A stretch of 64,000 nucleotides of DNA from Eledone cirrhosa (lineage: Eukaryota), in assembly GCA_964016885.1 (NCBI GenBank), contig OZ024742.1, positions 338,582,001 through 338,646,000 of the forward strand, given 5' to 3'. Below the pieces are notes generated by a model. It did not search any database. It had not been told where the DNA came from and saw nothing but the letters and a program-made list of their open reading frames with translations. The translations under genes and the position numbers were made by a program. This document shows, in pieces, positions 38,440 to 53,419 of the stretch. Within the stretch, counting starts at the first letter, position 1. Each line of letters begins with the position of its first letter.

Positions 38440-40580
38440 CCAGTGAAGAGAGGAACCTCGCAGTCAGCGGCCCGACTCCCGCAAACGTCTCGAGAGCCAC
38501 AGGCTGAAAAAGCTAGCTGGCCGACAGATCAGAGTATTTGAGGATCTTACTCCGCACAGCTGCGAAAGCTGTGGCTCTCGTCCTAATCGCAGCATCCAGG
38601 ATGTGGGAGAGAGCAAAAGAGTCACTAACAGTGACGTCCCAGACAAGGCACCTGCCTCTCGACCAGGGGCACAGGGTAAAGCCGTCAGGTCTTTTGCTGT
38701 CACTTCTGGACAACCCAGATGGTTCTAAGACTGAGGGGATGTTCGCCCGAGCCAAAGCTCTCTTGAGGATGAGGTTTAGCTCCGTGTGACGTGCGAAGCA
38801 GCCGGCATTCAGGTGGCAAGAAAGACCGTGGAGGCTTGTGGAGTCGAGGAGTTTGCCGCATCGGCACCTTAAACCCATGCAGACGTCAGCTCCCACTCTG
38901 AGGGCGATGGAGACACGAAGTTCGTCCAGGCTGAGTAGGCCACTGACGTTGGCCTCGGGTAGGGTATCAACCCAGTCGCCTGAGTATTTGGCGCTGGCAG
39001 ATAGTAAGCGGTATCTTGCAAACTGATCTGGCTGGACGAAGAGGGAGTCGAAAATGGCTTTCGAACTTATGCTGTCCCAAGTTCTCTGACTTCGACTGTC
39101 CCCCACCTTCTCAGGAAGAGACAAGCCCAATTCACTCCATTGCTGGAGAGCTTCACCCAACTCCTTGTTGGAACTAGTCCATGTTGGAGAGGAGAGGATG
39201 CTGCTCACTAGGGTGGAGCAAGCGTAGGGGAAGGAAAGGAAGCAAGGGAGAGAGAGGGACGAACACTTTCGAAGACCAAGATCCCCAAATCACTTGGGCA
39301 ACGCAGCCTGATCGCGGGACTCTGGAGAGAGTCTAACATTGACCAGGCACTCGAGTCTCTCGAAGAGTAGGTCGTCGAAGCGTTGGAGACAGGACGTTGG
39401 AGAGGGGCTAACCCTGAGCAGATACAGAAGCTTAGGAATAGATATGTAGTTCCTGAGTATGAAGAAACCTTGATGGGGTCCGACAACCTCAATATTCTTC
39501 AGCAGCTTCTCAAGGCCAACCATCTTCGATTGGAAGATTGACTCGAAGGCAAGGTCTGTGATTGGGGCTCCTAAGGAGCACCAAGCCGACGGAGCAGGGA
39601 CCGCGATGGAAGGGAAGGACTCTGCAAACAGGTCGATTAGCTGTTGGTGTTGAGAAGCCGGGTGGTTGAGGATCCAGCTCACATTTGGAGCTATTGACCT
39701 GGAGATCCCGGTGGCCAAGCTCCTCAACCATCTTGCTGGCAGTGGCGAGAACCATATCCGGAGTTCCCCCCCAAAGAGGCGCCGCGTCGAGGTACCAGAC
39801 ATTGAGGTCCAACTCAGCCCCCATCTTGGTGACGTCATCAATGCTCAATGCAAGCAGAGCGGGCCCGAGTGGGTCACCCTGTTGGACTCCTGAGGCAGAG
39901 GTGATGATTTGGTTACCGAAAGAGAGGTAGGAGGGCTCCCGATAAGCCTGCCAAGCAAAGTGGTAGAGTTGTGGTACCCTCTCTTTTACTGAGCCGAGGA
40001 TGACGTCGCGGCTAACGGAGTTAAAGGCGTGCCTGAGGTCAAGTTTGAGGATGACCTTGGGGGACGAGGAGGGCAAGTTGGTAGCTGATCATCTGGGGGT
40101 GCCGATGGGCGCTTCTCTTTCAGTCGCTCAAGAGAATCAGAGTTGCACGGAGCAAGGGAGGACAGAGAAGAGAGGAGACGGACAGTCCCTTTAATGTCAA
40201 ATTCGCTGAATTTGGCATTGACCGCTCGCTTGAGGTCTACCGGTTGTCTGTTGGTGGACACCGAGCTCGATGTCGAACTGAGATGAAACGTGGTTGGGGT
40301 GGACTCAAACAGCTGGAACTGCCGCTTGAGAGAGGGCGTGAGGGAACCCGAATTCGCATTGTGCACGTGAAGAGAGATGAGGGGAAACAAAAACAATTTC
40401 TGCCGGTCAGACCTATTGTTGGACGAGCAAACGTTTTTCAATAAATTAGAGAGGGCACGTGCAAAGCTATTCCGAGCTCCCTTAGGGATCCGGTTAAAGA
40501 GATTAGATTTCGAGAAACCCTGGTGGCAAAGTCCTCGGTAGAGAGTTGGTCATCGAAGCGTGGGGGCATTGAATCCGGGA
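38440..40580 (-). mobile_element. CRE-like non-LTR retrotransposon (RT + restriction-like endonuclease), frameshifted
   Basis: KLDLRHAFNSVSR, SGVQQGDPLGP, WYLD, LGAPI, CRCG..HGLSC..RH, KRPDG..PWSRGRCLVWDVTV. Confidence 0.85.
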
Positions 40581-40589
40581 TAAACTTAT

Positions 40590-40630
<41 letters not shown>

Positions 40631-40632
<2 letters not shown>

Positions 40633-41476
40633 CTTAGTACAGCATAGACGAAGCTCTAGTATACGGCCAAGCTAGCGTGTATGCTTATTCGGTCTTATTC
40701 AGATGAGGTAAGACCCCAGAGTAATAACATTATGTTCAGACAGCTTAGAAAATCAGATATAGCAGTCGGCAGTCCGACCGCATTACCAGAGTAACGAAAA
40801 TACAGGACCCAGGAAAAGATTTTTTACTGACCTGGACATAACGCTGAGGCTGAGTGTAAAATATATAACCCACATGGTGTTTCCACAATATAGATCGCAA
40901 TATCGCACGCAACATCAGCGCTAAGTTTCTGCAAATCCATGATTGACAAATTCCTATTGCAGGAGTCTGCAATATAATGGTTTTTGACGACAGAACATAG
41001 GATTTACTTCTTCAGCAAGTCTTTCGTTCTTAGCAAAGCGGGTATGCTGTGACTTTAAAGGTCGGCACAGACACATGGTTTACTCCAAGGGAGGTAACCC
41101 CCGCTTAGGCGGTGTATTCTAATTTGAGATAAAGGAATGAATCCTCTTATTCAAACCGAATAAAGCACTCGACTAGAAGTTATCAAACAAACTTAAACAA
41201 TTAATTAATCAATAGAATCATCTAATAAAATTAATCAGTTAATCGTTAATTCTAGGAGTAAATATAAATTTTAGTACAGCATAGACGAAGCTCTAGTATA
41301 CGGCCAAGCTACCGTGTATGCTTATTCGGTCTGTAGCTTTAGCACTCAGATGAGGTAAGACCCCAGAGTAATAACATTATGTTCAGACAGCTTAGCAAAT
41401 CAGATATAGCAGTCGGCAGTCCGACCGCATTACCAGAGCAACGAAAATACAGGACCCAGGAAAAGATTTTTTACTG

Positions 41477-41477
<1 letters not shown>
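40631..41477. repeat. ~640-bp unit with ~200-bp terminal direct repeat, flanked by (TA)n
   Basis: 40634-40830 is repeated at 41271-41477. Confidence 0.85.
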
Positions 41478-41519
<42 letters not shown>

Positions 41520-41734
41520 ATGATTAAGTATCGAGAGAGAGAGAAGAAAATGGAATGATGGTCGATACATATATTTAGTTGCTAATAATTTATGCATGTG
41601 TGCTCAATACTCATGCCTACAGGGTTAAATATTAGAGGTGTCAATATTTAGTGGGCGAGAAAAAATAAGCAGAGCGATTATAAAGGAAATGAATACAAAG
41701 AATTAAAAACCGTTAAAATATGTTTATATAATAG

Positions 41735-41780
41735 TGCGCCTTCGTACGTTTCGCCCTGAGCGGATTTATCAAGGGCATGG
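41735..41780 (-). ncRNA. Degenerate hammerhead-like motif in the PLE 3' region
   Basis: Minus strand tgcc CTTGATAA atcc-gctca-gggc GAAAC GTAC GAA ggcg; palindromic stem III loop, mutated triplet. Confidence 0.4.
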
Positions 41781-42155
41781 AAAGAAAAATAATGATCAAT
41801 ATAGGAGGGAATTCACGGTTAAATTAACATCATCATTCATTTTCCCCCTCTGTGCATGTGTTTTTATTATCACAGAAGAGGGGGAGTAACTCTGGCCGGT
41901 GTTCAAGCAATCAGTCCCATGTGGATTTTTATGCCTGCTCATATGCTGGTGTTTAGCATCTTTATATTATGTGTGTTGTTTCACTAGTGTCAGTACAGGT
42001 CGGGTCTGTGATGTCCATTTATTATTTAGTGGATGTTGCTTCACTATGTTTGTTCGAGTATGGTCTGCGGTGTACATTTGGTTCACAGATGTTTGTTCAT
42101 ACTGCGTGCCCATCAGGGTGTTATGGTTCGGGCAGGGGGAACCAGTTCGTAGTTT

Positions 42156-43845
42156 TCATGTCACAGTCGCGTCCCAGGCAAAATACGACGTCTGTACCCG
42201 GTGTTTACAATTAATAACTGATTCTGCTCGGCTGTTTTGGGGTGTTCTTATGATGTAGTACAGCTCCATGAGGCAGAGCTGGCATTTCCCCCTGAAGTTG
42301 TAGGGTGCAGCCCTACTGACAATATCCCAGTGTGTGGAGAAGCTTATGTTGGCGTCTTGCAAAGTGGTGACGTAGTTGGCAAGAGATGTGGAGTGCCTTA
42401 ATTTTTTGTTCCTGAAAGAGTGGAGATGCGTTCTAAATCTCGTTTTAAACTGGCCAAAGGTGGCTCCTATATAGTGTTTAACTCTACTATGGCTAGTTAC
42501 AGTGCACCTATAAAGAACATTATCAGTCAGGCAGTTTCCCCTGAGAGGGCAGCCTCCCCTGTCACGACAGTTACATTTTCCGTCACGGTCGCTCCTAGTT
42601 CCTAAAGTAAAGCTATTACTATTGCTATCTATGTTGTTATCTATGTCTCTAACTCTGTCATTGGTACTGTTATCTCTCAAGGCGTGCGGTGTTGTACCAT
42701 TATTATTCCGCACGCCGCAGCCCGTTCTGCTGCCGGTGGGTGACGCGTGTGGGTCGCCGGTATATTCTCAAATCACGCCCGGGTTACGTGGGTTTCGTCT
42801 GCCGGGGCGGCCATCCACCCTATTCGGTGCTGTTAGGGGGATGTTAAGGTTATTAGTGTTGTTGTCAGGTCTAGATGTATCTGTGCTAAGGTGTAGTGTT
42901 TTGTTAATCTTACTGTGATTAGTTACTCGTATTATATCAGCTAGATTGCGGGTGGTAGAGAAGGATATTTTGATATTGTTCCTGTTAAGTATTTTTCTAT
43001 ATTTATGATTAGGTCGGAAATTTCTCTCCAAGGCTTCGAAGAATATCCTCGGTACGTCGGAGGCCACACTCCGAGAGTAGGGGTGGTGGAACCATATGAT
43101 ATTACGGTGGCGTTTCCGCTTTACAGTGGGTTTGCTACAGGTTGTGCTTCCTAGTTGACAGTACTTACGGTTGTTCCTGCGCTGAAGCCGGTTATGCGTT
43201 CCCATTACTTTATGTTCAGGTGGGGCGCCTTACCTCTGTACTTTCTATTTGTGGCTAGACGCGGGTTGGAGGGTGTTGGTAATAGGCCGCCGCAGTTGCT
43301 GGTCTTATAGTTAGAGAATAACTCTAATAAGCTGCAGCGGGTGGCGTTACCAATCGGGTAACACTTACCATACTGTCGGTTGTCTTGGTCGACACTCATT
43401 TAATTAACGGTGTGGCCAAGTTTCTTAGTGTGGCTCTCTATACTATAGTTATTGACGCTGTCATGGCTGTAGCGTGCTCTGTTATAGGTATGGCTCACTA
43501 TAACATTAGTCCTACGTTGGTGTTGGTTTCTAGAGCTAGCGTTAAGGATGTAGGATATTTTCCGGTTAAAACCGGCATTTAGTAAAGCCTTATTGTAATA
43601 TTCGGCCGCTTGGTTGAAGATATCTTCATTGGCGGAGAGCCTCGAGATCCTATGGGATATGCTATATACTATGGAGTTGAGAGTAGACTTAGGGTGGTTA
43701 GATGCATAGTTTATATAGGACAGGATCTCACCGGGCTTATGGTATGGCTTGTATAGGTCCGTACTCAGCTCCAGGGTTACGTCTAGGAAATTGACTATTT
43801 GGTGGTTGAGGTCCATGGTCACTGATAGGCCATATGCCTTAAAGA
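42156..43845 (-). mobile_element. Penelope-like element, 5'-truncated
   Basis: VNFLDVTLEL, SNHP, IIWFHHPYS, CNCRDRGGCPLRGNCL, VLY..HYIG..FKTRFRTH. Confidence 0.9.
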
Positions 43846-43849
43846 ACCA

Positions 43850-43912
<63 letters not shown>

Positions 43913-44101
43913 ACACACACTGACACACACATACATGACCAGGGCTCTCTGGGAGAATGATTTGCAAAATAATGTCTATGAGCGAGAGTGATAACGTAGA
44001 ATTAGAAGTGCAAGGGACGTAACTGTGTCGGTGTGCAACCAACTAAATGTTTCTGGTGTTTCAGATTTACTTCTTCCCATTAGTGCACACACACACACAA
44101 G

Positions 44102-44159
<58 letters not shown>

Positions 44160-44164
<5 letters not shown>

Positions 44165-45068
44165 ACTGAGGCAGTTACTAAAATATCCCAGTGCCCCAAT
44201 AACCACAGGTATAAATCTGAATGTATAATCAGGGTGGAGTATCTGCAGATTTCTCATTAGTTCTGCATAGATATTTCCCTTCTCGCTAATCTTTAATATT
44301 ATGCTAACTTCCACTACTGTGCATGCCTTCTTTTCCCTGTCCCATATCATAATATCTGGTCTGTTATGCTTGCATTTTATTAGGGTTTTTACTGGAACAT
44401 TCAACCAGTACTCTTTCATATTATGTATGTATATGTCTTCCGCATTGATGTAACTTTTAATGTGTTTATTATCGGGGCTATCTTTTTTACGGATTGCATT
44501 GTACAGTATTTTGGCCACTACATCATGCCTCATAGGTAGATAGTACCGCGATGACATCTATGGACAGCTGCTTATGACATGGGTGACATCTTCGATGTTA
44601 ATTCTGCAGAGTCTGCACTTGTCACATCTAGGTGTTTTGCCTGCACCCCTATCTCTTTTGTAAATTAGGTATTTCGTGTTGATTTCCTGTTCTTGGATTG
44701 CAAAAGCGTATCCTTCAAAGTGGGAGCCAATATAGCGGTTGATGGTCCTATATAGACTACTTTCCTTATCTATAATACTCTCACTCTGGAGCTTCCTGGT
44801 AACATATCCATGCACGAGCGTTTGCTGATAAGCAGGCAGTTTTTTTATCCATGGATTCGCTGCCGTATTGTTGGGCAATTTCCCTGGGTGTGAGTTTTTG
44901 ATTATCATGCAGGGAGTATCTTTCAAGGAGTTCCTTCCCAACTCTCATGATCTTATCTGACTCATGCAGACAGACTTGCTCAATAACTGGGCTCCTACGT
45001 TTCGCGGTTCGTAAATGTTGTCGGAGGGATATGATGCGACATTCAAATGTTGTCTGGTCTGATGTTAG
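44160..45068 (-). mobile_element. R4/Dong-like non-LTR element fragment (family B)
   Basis: AIQEQEINTK, CRLC..HVISSC, RHDVVA, NRPDIMI, VVEVS. Confidence 0.85.
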
Positions 45069-45069
45069 G

Positions 45070-45100
<31 letters not shown>

Positions 45101-45151
45101 TGTATGTATGTATGTATGTATGTATGTATGTATGTATGTATGTATGTATGT

Positions 45152-45358
45152 GTTATCTCTTTCTCTTAATTTCGAGTATATTTTTGACCGGCCACCTTCC
45201 TGGTGGCAAGGTTGTAAAAGAAAAGAAATTGTCACCCAGAATGTTTTGCAAATTTTGAAGGTGCCAGCTATCGCAGCCATTTGTAGACTAAGAATTAGGG
45301 AGCTGCGCTCTTTGTCCGCAAATCCAAGTTCAGTTACACAATGGTCCAAGCGGGTTGG
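45152..45358 (-). mobile_element. R4-like family A, short 3' copy inside (TATG)n
   Basis: Near-identical to 54176-54395; (TATG)n on both sides. Confidence 0.88.
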
Positions 45359-45430
45359 TATGTATGTATGTATGTATGTATGTATGTATGTATGTATGTA
45401 TGTATGTATGTATGTATGTATGTATGTATG

Positions 45431-45576
45431 TCACCCTCCTCACCAAGGTTTCTTGGTGAGGAGGGTGGCTTTGGACATCCTGCAGGACTAAAAACAAAAC
45501 CTGTCAAAGGGCAAAGGAGCTCTTAAGAGTCAATGGCCATCCAAAATCACAGGGAGAGATGACCCCTTAGCCTTTG

Positions 45577-45608
<32 letters not shown>

Positions 45609-46858
45609 TGTATGTATGTATGTATGTATGTATGTATGTTGGTGCTACTGGTAACATGTATCCCAGTACAACCTGTCTCATGGTCGGGTCGTTGGCGACT
45701 AAACTGGCAACCCCACCAAGGTTTCTTGGTGAGGAGGGTGACTTTGGACATCCTGCAGGACTAAAAACAAAACCTGTCAAAGGGCAAGGGAGCTCTTAAG
45801 AGTCAATAGCCATCCAAAATCACCGGGAGAGATGACCCCTTAGCCTTTGTCAAGGCAGAATTCTAGGAGAAGGAAAACTCTGATATAACACCTGCAATCC
45901 TGATGGTATCCAATGATGTTGACCTGTTCTTCTTTTTGGTAAATATCATCTTGGTTAAGAGAGTGGGACTGGCTTTGTGCAGTGCCTTTGCTCACTATAA
46001 AAGCTTCACAGCACAGGCATTGCTTTATATCTGGAGATCTCTCTGCATTTGTCATCACATGGTACCATGGGCCCTGCACTATGTGTCAATAATGGTCACA
46101 AGTGTAGTCTTTGTACCAGAGTTTTCAAGTCGCTGGCTGGACTAAAGTCACATTCGTTCAGCGCATCGGTAGGGGTTCTCCTACATGGATATAAAGTAGT
46201 GGCCGTACTCGAAAACGAGTTGGCAGCCACCATGTATGTATGTATGTATGTATGTATTGTCAAGGCAGTATTCTAGGAGAAGGAAAACTCTGATATAATA
46301 CCTGCAACCCTGATGGTATCCAATGATGTTGACTTGTTCTTCTTTTTGGTAAATATCATCTTGGTTAAGAGAGTGGGACTGGCTTTGTGCAGTGCCTTTG
46401 CTCACTATAAAAGCTTCACGGCACAGGCATTGCTTTATATCTGGGGATCTCTCTGCACTTGCCGTCACATGGTACCATGGGCCCAGCACTATGTGTCAAT
46501 AATGGTCACAAGTGTAGTGTTTGTACCAGAGTTTTCAAGTCGCTGGCTGGACTAAAAAGTCACACTCGTTCAGGGCATCGGTAGGGGTTCTACATGGATA
46601 TAAAGTAGTGGCTGTACTCGAAAATGAGTTGGCAGCCACCATGTATGTATGTATGTATGTATGTTATATCAAGTCGCTCTTGAGTGCTACTGGTAACATG
46701 TAACCCAGTACAACCTGTCACATGGTCGGGTCGTCGGTGATAAAAACCGGCAACCCCACCAAGCTGCTTGGTGAGGAGGGTGATTAGACACCCTGCGGGA
46801 TGAAAAAGGAGACCTGACAAAAAGCAGAGGAACTCACGAGAATCAGCGGCCATCCAAC
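45431..46858 (+). mobile_element. Array of RTE-derived bipartite non-autonomous elements separated by (TATG)n
   Basis: Units at 45431-45578, 45638-46232 (near full), 46257-46640 and 46670-46858 (diverged 5' end). Confidence 0.75.
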
Positions 46859-47269
46859 CTTGTATATATGTGTATACTGTGTTGATGTGTAAATGTTTAT
46901 GTGTGTGTGGAATTATTTACGTGTGCATATGTATTATGATTTTATTTTATTTTATTTATTTATTTATTTATTTATTTTATTTTATTATTTTTTTAATTTT
47001 AAATTTTAAATTTAAAAAAAAACTTTCAAACTTTTAATCTTTAAACTTTTAACTTTTTAACTTCTAGCTTTTAAACTTTTTTACCTAAGTATTTATCTGA
47101 GAAAACATTTTTTTTTGTTCCTTGAGAGAAGGACACTGAAATACCTGTGGTTGATACAGCTACTGATCATCTTGCATCTGTTTGTCATCGGATTCTGGCT
47201 GTTGAGATTTAGAGAGCTACATATGTGTGCAACAAGCATATGTTGCTATGATCTCCTTGTGCAGATATC

Positions 47270-49570
47270 TCTTCAAAGTCCTGTGGCGATGGGGAAGCAG
47301 CGATGTGTACAGACTTAACGAGTAGGAGGAATGCAGTTGCTAATCTGCACGCAGGTGGCTTAAGACTTATCTAACGTTGTTGCCAGCTTTTAGAATAGGA
47401 ACTGGCTTGGACGGAGTCTTTTGTGACTGAGCAGCCCTTTCCAAGGAGAATACTGCTTACCCAAGTCTCGGGAGGGGTTTAGAAAAGGTGACCCAAAATT
47501 TTGTCTGTTCCACCAGGAAGCTGGTCAGCAACCTGCGGCTGACGGCTGTTCATACCCGCAGGAGAAACAAGAAGAAAAATAATAATAATTTCCAAAAGAA
47601 TAGAATGCCACTGAATGTTGCGACGTGGAACATACAAACTTCTTGACAAGGAACCATCGACTAATCCAGAAAGCAGGACTGCTATTGTTGGCAGAGAGTT
47701 GAGCAGATATGATATTGATATAGCTGCACTCTCTGAAACCCATCTTAGTGGTAAAGGTCATCTATCAGAGAGAGATGCTGGCTATACGTTCTTCTGGAAA
47801 GGGAAACCAAATGGGGAGAAAAGGACTGGAGGAGTAGTTTCACTGACAGAGATCACAAAACAACTGGATCAACCACACGGCATTAGTGATCGTATCATGC
47901 ACCTAAGAGTTCCTCTTTCTAGGGGACGTTTCATAATTATCATCTCCGTGTATGCTCTACCCTGCAGAGTAGCCAAGGATCATTCATGGCTTTTTACCAA
48001 GATTTACGAGGGTGTATAACATCAATTTCACATTCAGATAAAATCTTACTTCTTGGGGATTTTAATGCACGTGTGGGAAAGGACGACCACATCTGGAATA
48101 TTTTAGGGTGTGACGGCATGGGCAAGATGAATGTCAATGGGCTTCACCTTCTGCAGTTATACACTGAGTTTGAGCTGGTTGTATGTAACACATTTTTTCA
48201 GTAAAAGGAAATCCACAAGGCAACGTGGAAACACCCAAGATCGAAACATCGACACATCTTGGATTACATCATCACCAGGAAGAGAGACCTCCAGGATTTC
48301 AGCTTTGTTAGAGTAATGCGTGGTGCAGAATGTGGTACAGACCACAAACTTGTGCCTGGCAAAATGAAGGTGTAGAACAGAAGAAAATTGAGAGCAGCAG
48401 AGGTACAAGTGCCAAAACATATAGATGTGTAGAAACTGCAACGTGTAGAAATATGAGATACTCTTCAAAATGAATTGGACGTTGTCTTTGATGGGACTTG
48501 GGAACAGTTTAAAACAGAAGTTTACAGTGTTGGGGCTGATGTACTTGGTCTTAAGAAGACAAAACACAGAGCAATCTCTGTGTTTTTCGATGACAATGAT
48601 GCTGCAATCGCCATGCTCATTGAGGAAAAAATCAAGCTGTATCAGAAGTGCCTTGTTGCAGAGGGTCCTATGAAGACCACTTTTGAGAAAGCCTTCAAAG
48701 AAGCTAAATCAAAACTGCAAAGTAAAACACGAAAGATAAAGAATAGCTAGTGCTCTGAAGTTTCAGCAGAGATGCAGAGGGCTTATAACTGCAGAGGCCA
48801 GAAGGCACTATACAGCACAATAAGGCAAGGTTTTGGTCCACAACCCTGAAAAATGGCACCATTTAAGTCAACAGATGGGAACATCCTCATCAAAGATCCA
48901 GCAGGTATTATGAGTCGGTGGACTGAACATTTTAAAGATCTGCTTCATAATCCATCTGTAGTTGATGAGGAAATTATAAATGGACTACCGCAAAGGGAGA
49001 CTGTAACAGAGATGATGAATGATCCAACCTTTAACGAGATAAGGTCTACTATCAAAGAGATAAAAACAGGGAAAGCTCCAGGCTTGGATGGAATACCTGA
49101 TGAGCTGATTCACTTTTGAGGAGACAATGTTGCTATCGATTTACAAGGGCAAAGGCTCCAAGTTGGAATGCGGTGATTATCGTGGTATAAATTTGCTCGT
49201 ATCGGTAGGAAAAGTCTTATCCAAAGTCTTGCTGAATCGTCTAATAAAATGGATCTGCCCTGGTGCCATCCCTGAGACTCAGTGTGGTTTCAGAGCTGGG
49301 CAGGGTACTATGGTCATGATTTTCTCAGCTTGTCAGCCTATGAAGAAGTGCCACTTTACCAAATATTTGTGGACTTTACCAAAGTCTTTAATACTGTTAA
49401 TTGTAGTGCATTGTGGGTCATATTGGGGAAACTTCGATGCCCTCATTAGTTTGTTGGAATATTCAGAAAACTCCATCAAGATATGAAAGCAAAAGTGAAC
49501 TTCAATGGGACACTTTCAGAGCCAATTTTAGTGAAAAACCGTGTTAAACAAGGTGTCATACCTGTCGCTT
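47270..49570 (+). mobile_element. RTE/BovB-like LINE 5' part (APE endonuclease + RT start), degraded
   Basis: NVATWNIQTLLD, YDIDIAALSET, GYTFFWKG, LLGDFNARVG, TDH, KAPGLDGIP, DYRGINLL, PETQCGFR. Confidence 0.9.
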
Positions 49571-49609
49571 TACTAGTCGGTCGAGTTGGCGGTATGCAGC
49601 ATCTCTTTC

Positions 49610-49654
<45 letters not shown>

Positions 49655-49759
49655 TGTGAGAAAAACCACAGACCCCCCCATCTCAACTCTACTTTTGAAA
49701 AGCAGAAGAACTGTAAAACCGGTAAAGGAACCAAATAAATATATATATATTTTAAAAGA

Positions 49760-51075
49760 ATATGGGAACTCCTATACGCAGATGCTCTAACGCTCATAGC
49801 TGAATCAATGGCTGAACTAGAGAAGAAATTCCAAACATGGAAGCATGGCCTAGAATCAAAATCCTTAAAATTAACCTGTCTAAGACTAAAGTTCTAGTTT
49901 GTAGGAAGGAAAATAGGGCACCGGTCCCATCTGGGAAATGGCCATGCTCAGTGTGTAGGAAAGGAGTAGGCAGAAACTCCATTTTATGTCCCAAATGCAA
50001 AGTATGGGTGCATAAAAGATGTAGTGGGATCACAGGTAAGCTAACTAAGAATATAGATTTTATATGTGGCTGGTGCTCTGGTGCAATAAGTAGCAGCAAG
50101 TGCCCACAAAATACTAGCTCATTCCATTGCACAGATGGTTCTATAGAAATAGTGGACACCTTCCGTTACCTGGGTGACAAAATCAGCAGTGGTGGAGGGT
50201 GCTTTGAAAGTACAGTAACTAGAGTCAGAACGGGATGGAAAAAGTTCAGAGAGCTTAAACCACTATTGGCCGCTAAAGGGTTCTCTCTAAAAATGAAAGG
50301 CAGGCTGTATGATGCCTGCATACGAACAGCAATGTTACATGGCAGTGAGACTTGGGCATTGTGTGCAGAGGATATACGCAGACTGGAGAGGAACGAAGCT
50401 TGCATGCTCCGCTGTGTAATAGTAATATACGTGAACGGCAAAGCATAAACGAATTAAGGGAGAAATTAGGAATAAGAGGGATCAGATGTTGTTTACTCGA
50501 GAGAAGACTACGTTGGTATGGTCACGTGATGCGCATGAAAGACGACAGCTGTATAAAAAAGTGCAGGGCGATATAAATAGACGGTAGCCACGGAGTAGGC
50601 AGAACCAGAAAAACCTGGGACGACTTGATAAATTCCGACCTCACACACACCTCTCCAAGACAATGTCACTGGACCGAGATCTTTGGCACTACACAGTATT
50701 ACAGAAGACCCGCCTTGCCTAAGTACAAAGCGAAACCTACAGTCAGTAGGCACCTCTACCCCCCCCCCCCCTTAAATGTGAAGTTATGTTGGTACCACAA
50801 CATCCAGTCCGAAATAAATGAGGTCGTGTAGATGTCACGACAAAAAAACACGCAGTCTACGCTGTAATGTGGCCGTGTAGGTAACACGGTAAAAACCTCC
50901 CAGTCCACACTGTAAACGTGGTTGGTGTTAGGAAGGGCATCCAGCCGTAGAAAAGCCGCCAGACTGTCCTATACGAGCAAGACAACCAATCTTGCTTCAA
51001 GTGGGACACTTCCCGTCCAAACCCATGCGAGCGTGGAAGATGGACGTTAAATGATGATGATGATGATGATGATGA
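49760..51075 (+). mobile_element. RTE-clade LINE 3' portion with (GAT)n tail
   Basis: Same family as 17989-19268; PHD-like insert and HGSETW. Confidence 0.92.
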
Positions 51076-51222
51076 TATATATATATATGGCGTTGTCATG
51101 TTGAAAAGAGCAGTGGCCTTTAACCCAGCAATAGAAACTCCAGTTGCATTTTCGATTTGATGAAGACTCCAGTTGCATTTTCGATTTCAACTTTTTTTCT
51201 TTATATATATATATATATATAT

Positions 51223-51311
<89 letters not shown>

Positions 51312-51546
51312 GAAAGAGAGATAGAGAGAGAAAATTACTTCTACATTATATACCATTCTATTATGCGGGATATACTTGAAACAGAATCTACCTGTAAGAT
51401 GATTTTCAACGCAAACATTAATTTTTTTGCGGATTTAACAGAGTTACCTCCCTTGTCTCTATGAAGTAACTAACAATTTTATGTTTCATCTCACTTAAGC
51501 AGCAAACGGCATCGACACCACCGCTCCCTACCCCAAATTATGCGAT

Positions 51547-51887
51547 TAGTCTCGGGTCCCAAATAATAGGGTGGAGGTATTGGAAAATCGATAATCTTTC
51601 TAGGTTGTCACCGTTGATTTTGCTTATAAACCAGGATTAGTCATTTAGTTTACATATTGAGACCCCAACCCATCCTATTTATTTTATAACATATGGGATT
51701 TCTAGTAATGTACTTTTTTTTGTCATGTGTAATGTTTTTTAATGTCTAAAGAAAATTGATTGTCACAGGAATGCTACCATTTAAAATTTCGGCGGAGATA
51801 GATTAACAAAATTTAATAAGTTGGAAATATCTGAAAAATTAATAAGCGGGGTGGGTGTGGAGGATCATTATTCGAGACACGAGAGTA
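51547..51887. mobile_element. Possible MITE with imperfect TIRs and TA ends
   Basis: Left end tagtctcgggtcccaaataat versus right-end reverse complement tactctcgtgtctcgaataat (17/21 identical). Confidence 0.5.
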
Positions 51888-52109
51888 ATATACAAACTTT
51901 CACTTACCACTAATGTATAAACTGAGACCCACAAGGATACCTTTATCTGATCATTCGGGCGGATAGAGTTAGTAGACAAATATTTCTAACGCCATCCAAC
52001 ATTAAATAAATAAACAAATACTCTAAAAAATGAATATCTCTCGCTATACATTTGTTCACTCGTCAGAGCGTCGAATAAAGTACGAAGCAGTAAAGGTTTC
52101 CTCAAAGTT

Positions 52110-52275
52110 ACGTAGGTAGAGCCGCTACTTCTCCGCAATGAGAGATCACAGCTTCTATACTATGGGCATGTGGTTAGAATGTCTTAGGAAAGAATGGCTG
52201 GACAGATTTATAGCTCGGAAATCAGGAAATCACTCCAGGTAGAGCCGCTACCTCTCCGCAATGAGAGATCACACC
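52110..52275 (+). mobile_element. RTE 3' fragment with short duplication
   Basis: VEPLLLRNERSQLLYYGHVVRM; related to 2996-3400. Confidence 0.6.
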
Positions 52276-52465
52276 AGTTGTTGCCTCTCAGTATTTCAGA
52301 AATGTTGCCCACACACGTACCAAAATGTTGCAATACAGTAGCAACTTTGTAACGTTGCATCAAACATAAAATGTTGCCACACAGTAGCTTGGAAATATCG
52401 CTTCACACATTAAAATGTCTCCATGCAGTGACTTTGAAATGTTGTTTTAGTTGTTGCTGTAGCTC

Positions 52466-53395
<930 letters not shown>

Positions 53396-53419
53396 TCCCT
53401 TATTCCTGAGAGGGTCGTG

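Noticed and set aside
40905-41025. Hammerhead-like CTGAAGA..GAAAC on the minus strand
   Set aside because: Stem II is plausible but there is no stem I partner and the triplet is GUU.
45903-46145. Recurrent 80-aa MVSNDVDLFF.. ORF
   Set aside because: It recurs only because the repeat copies are near-identical, and it lies in UTR-like sequence.
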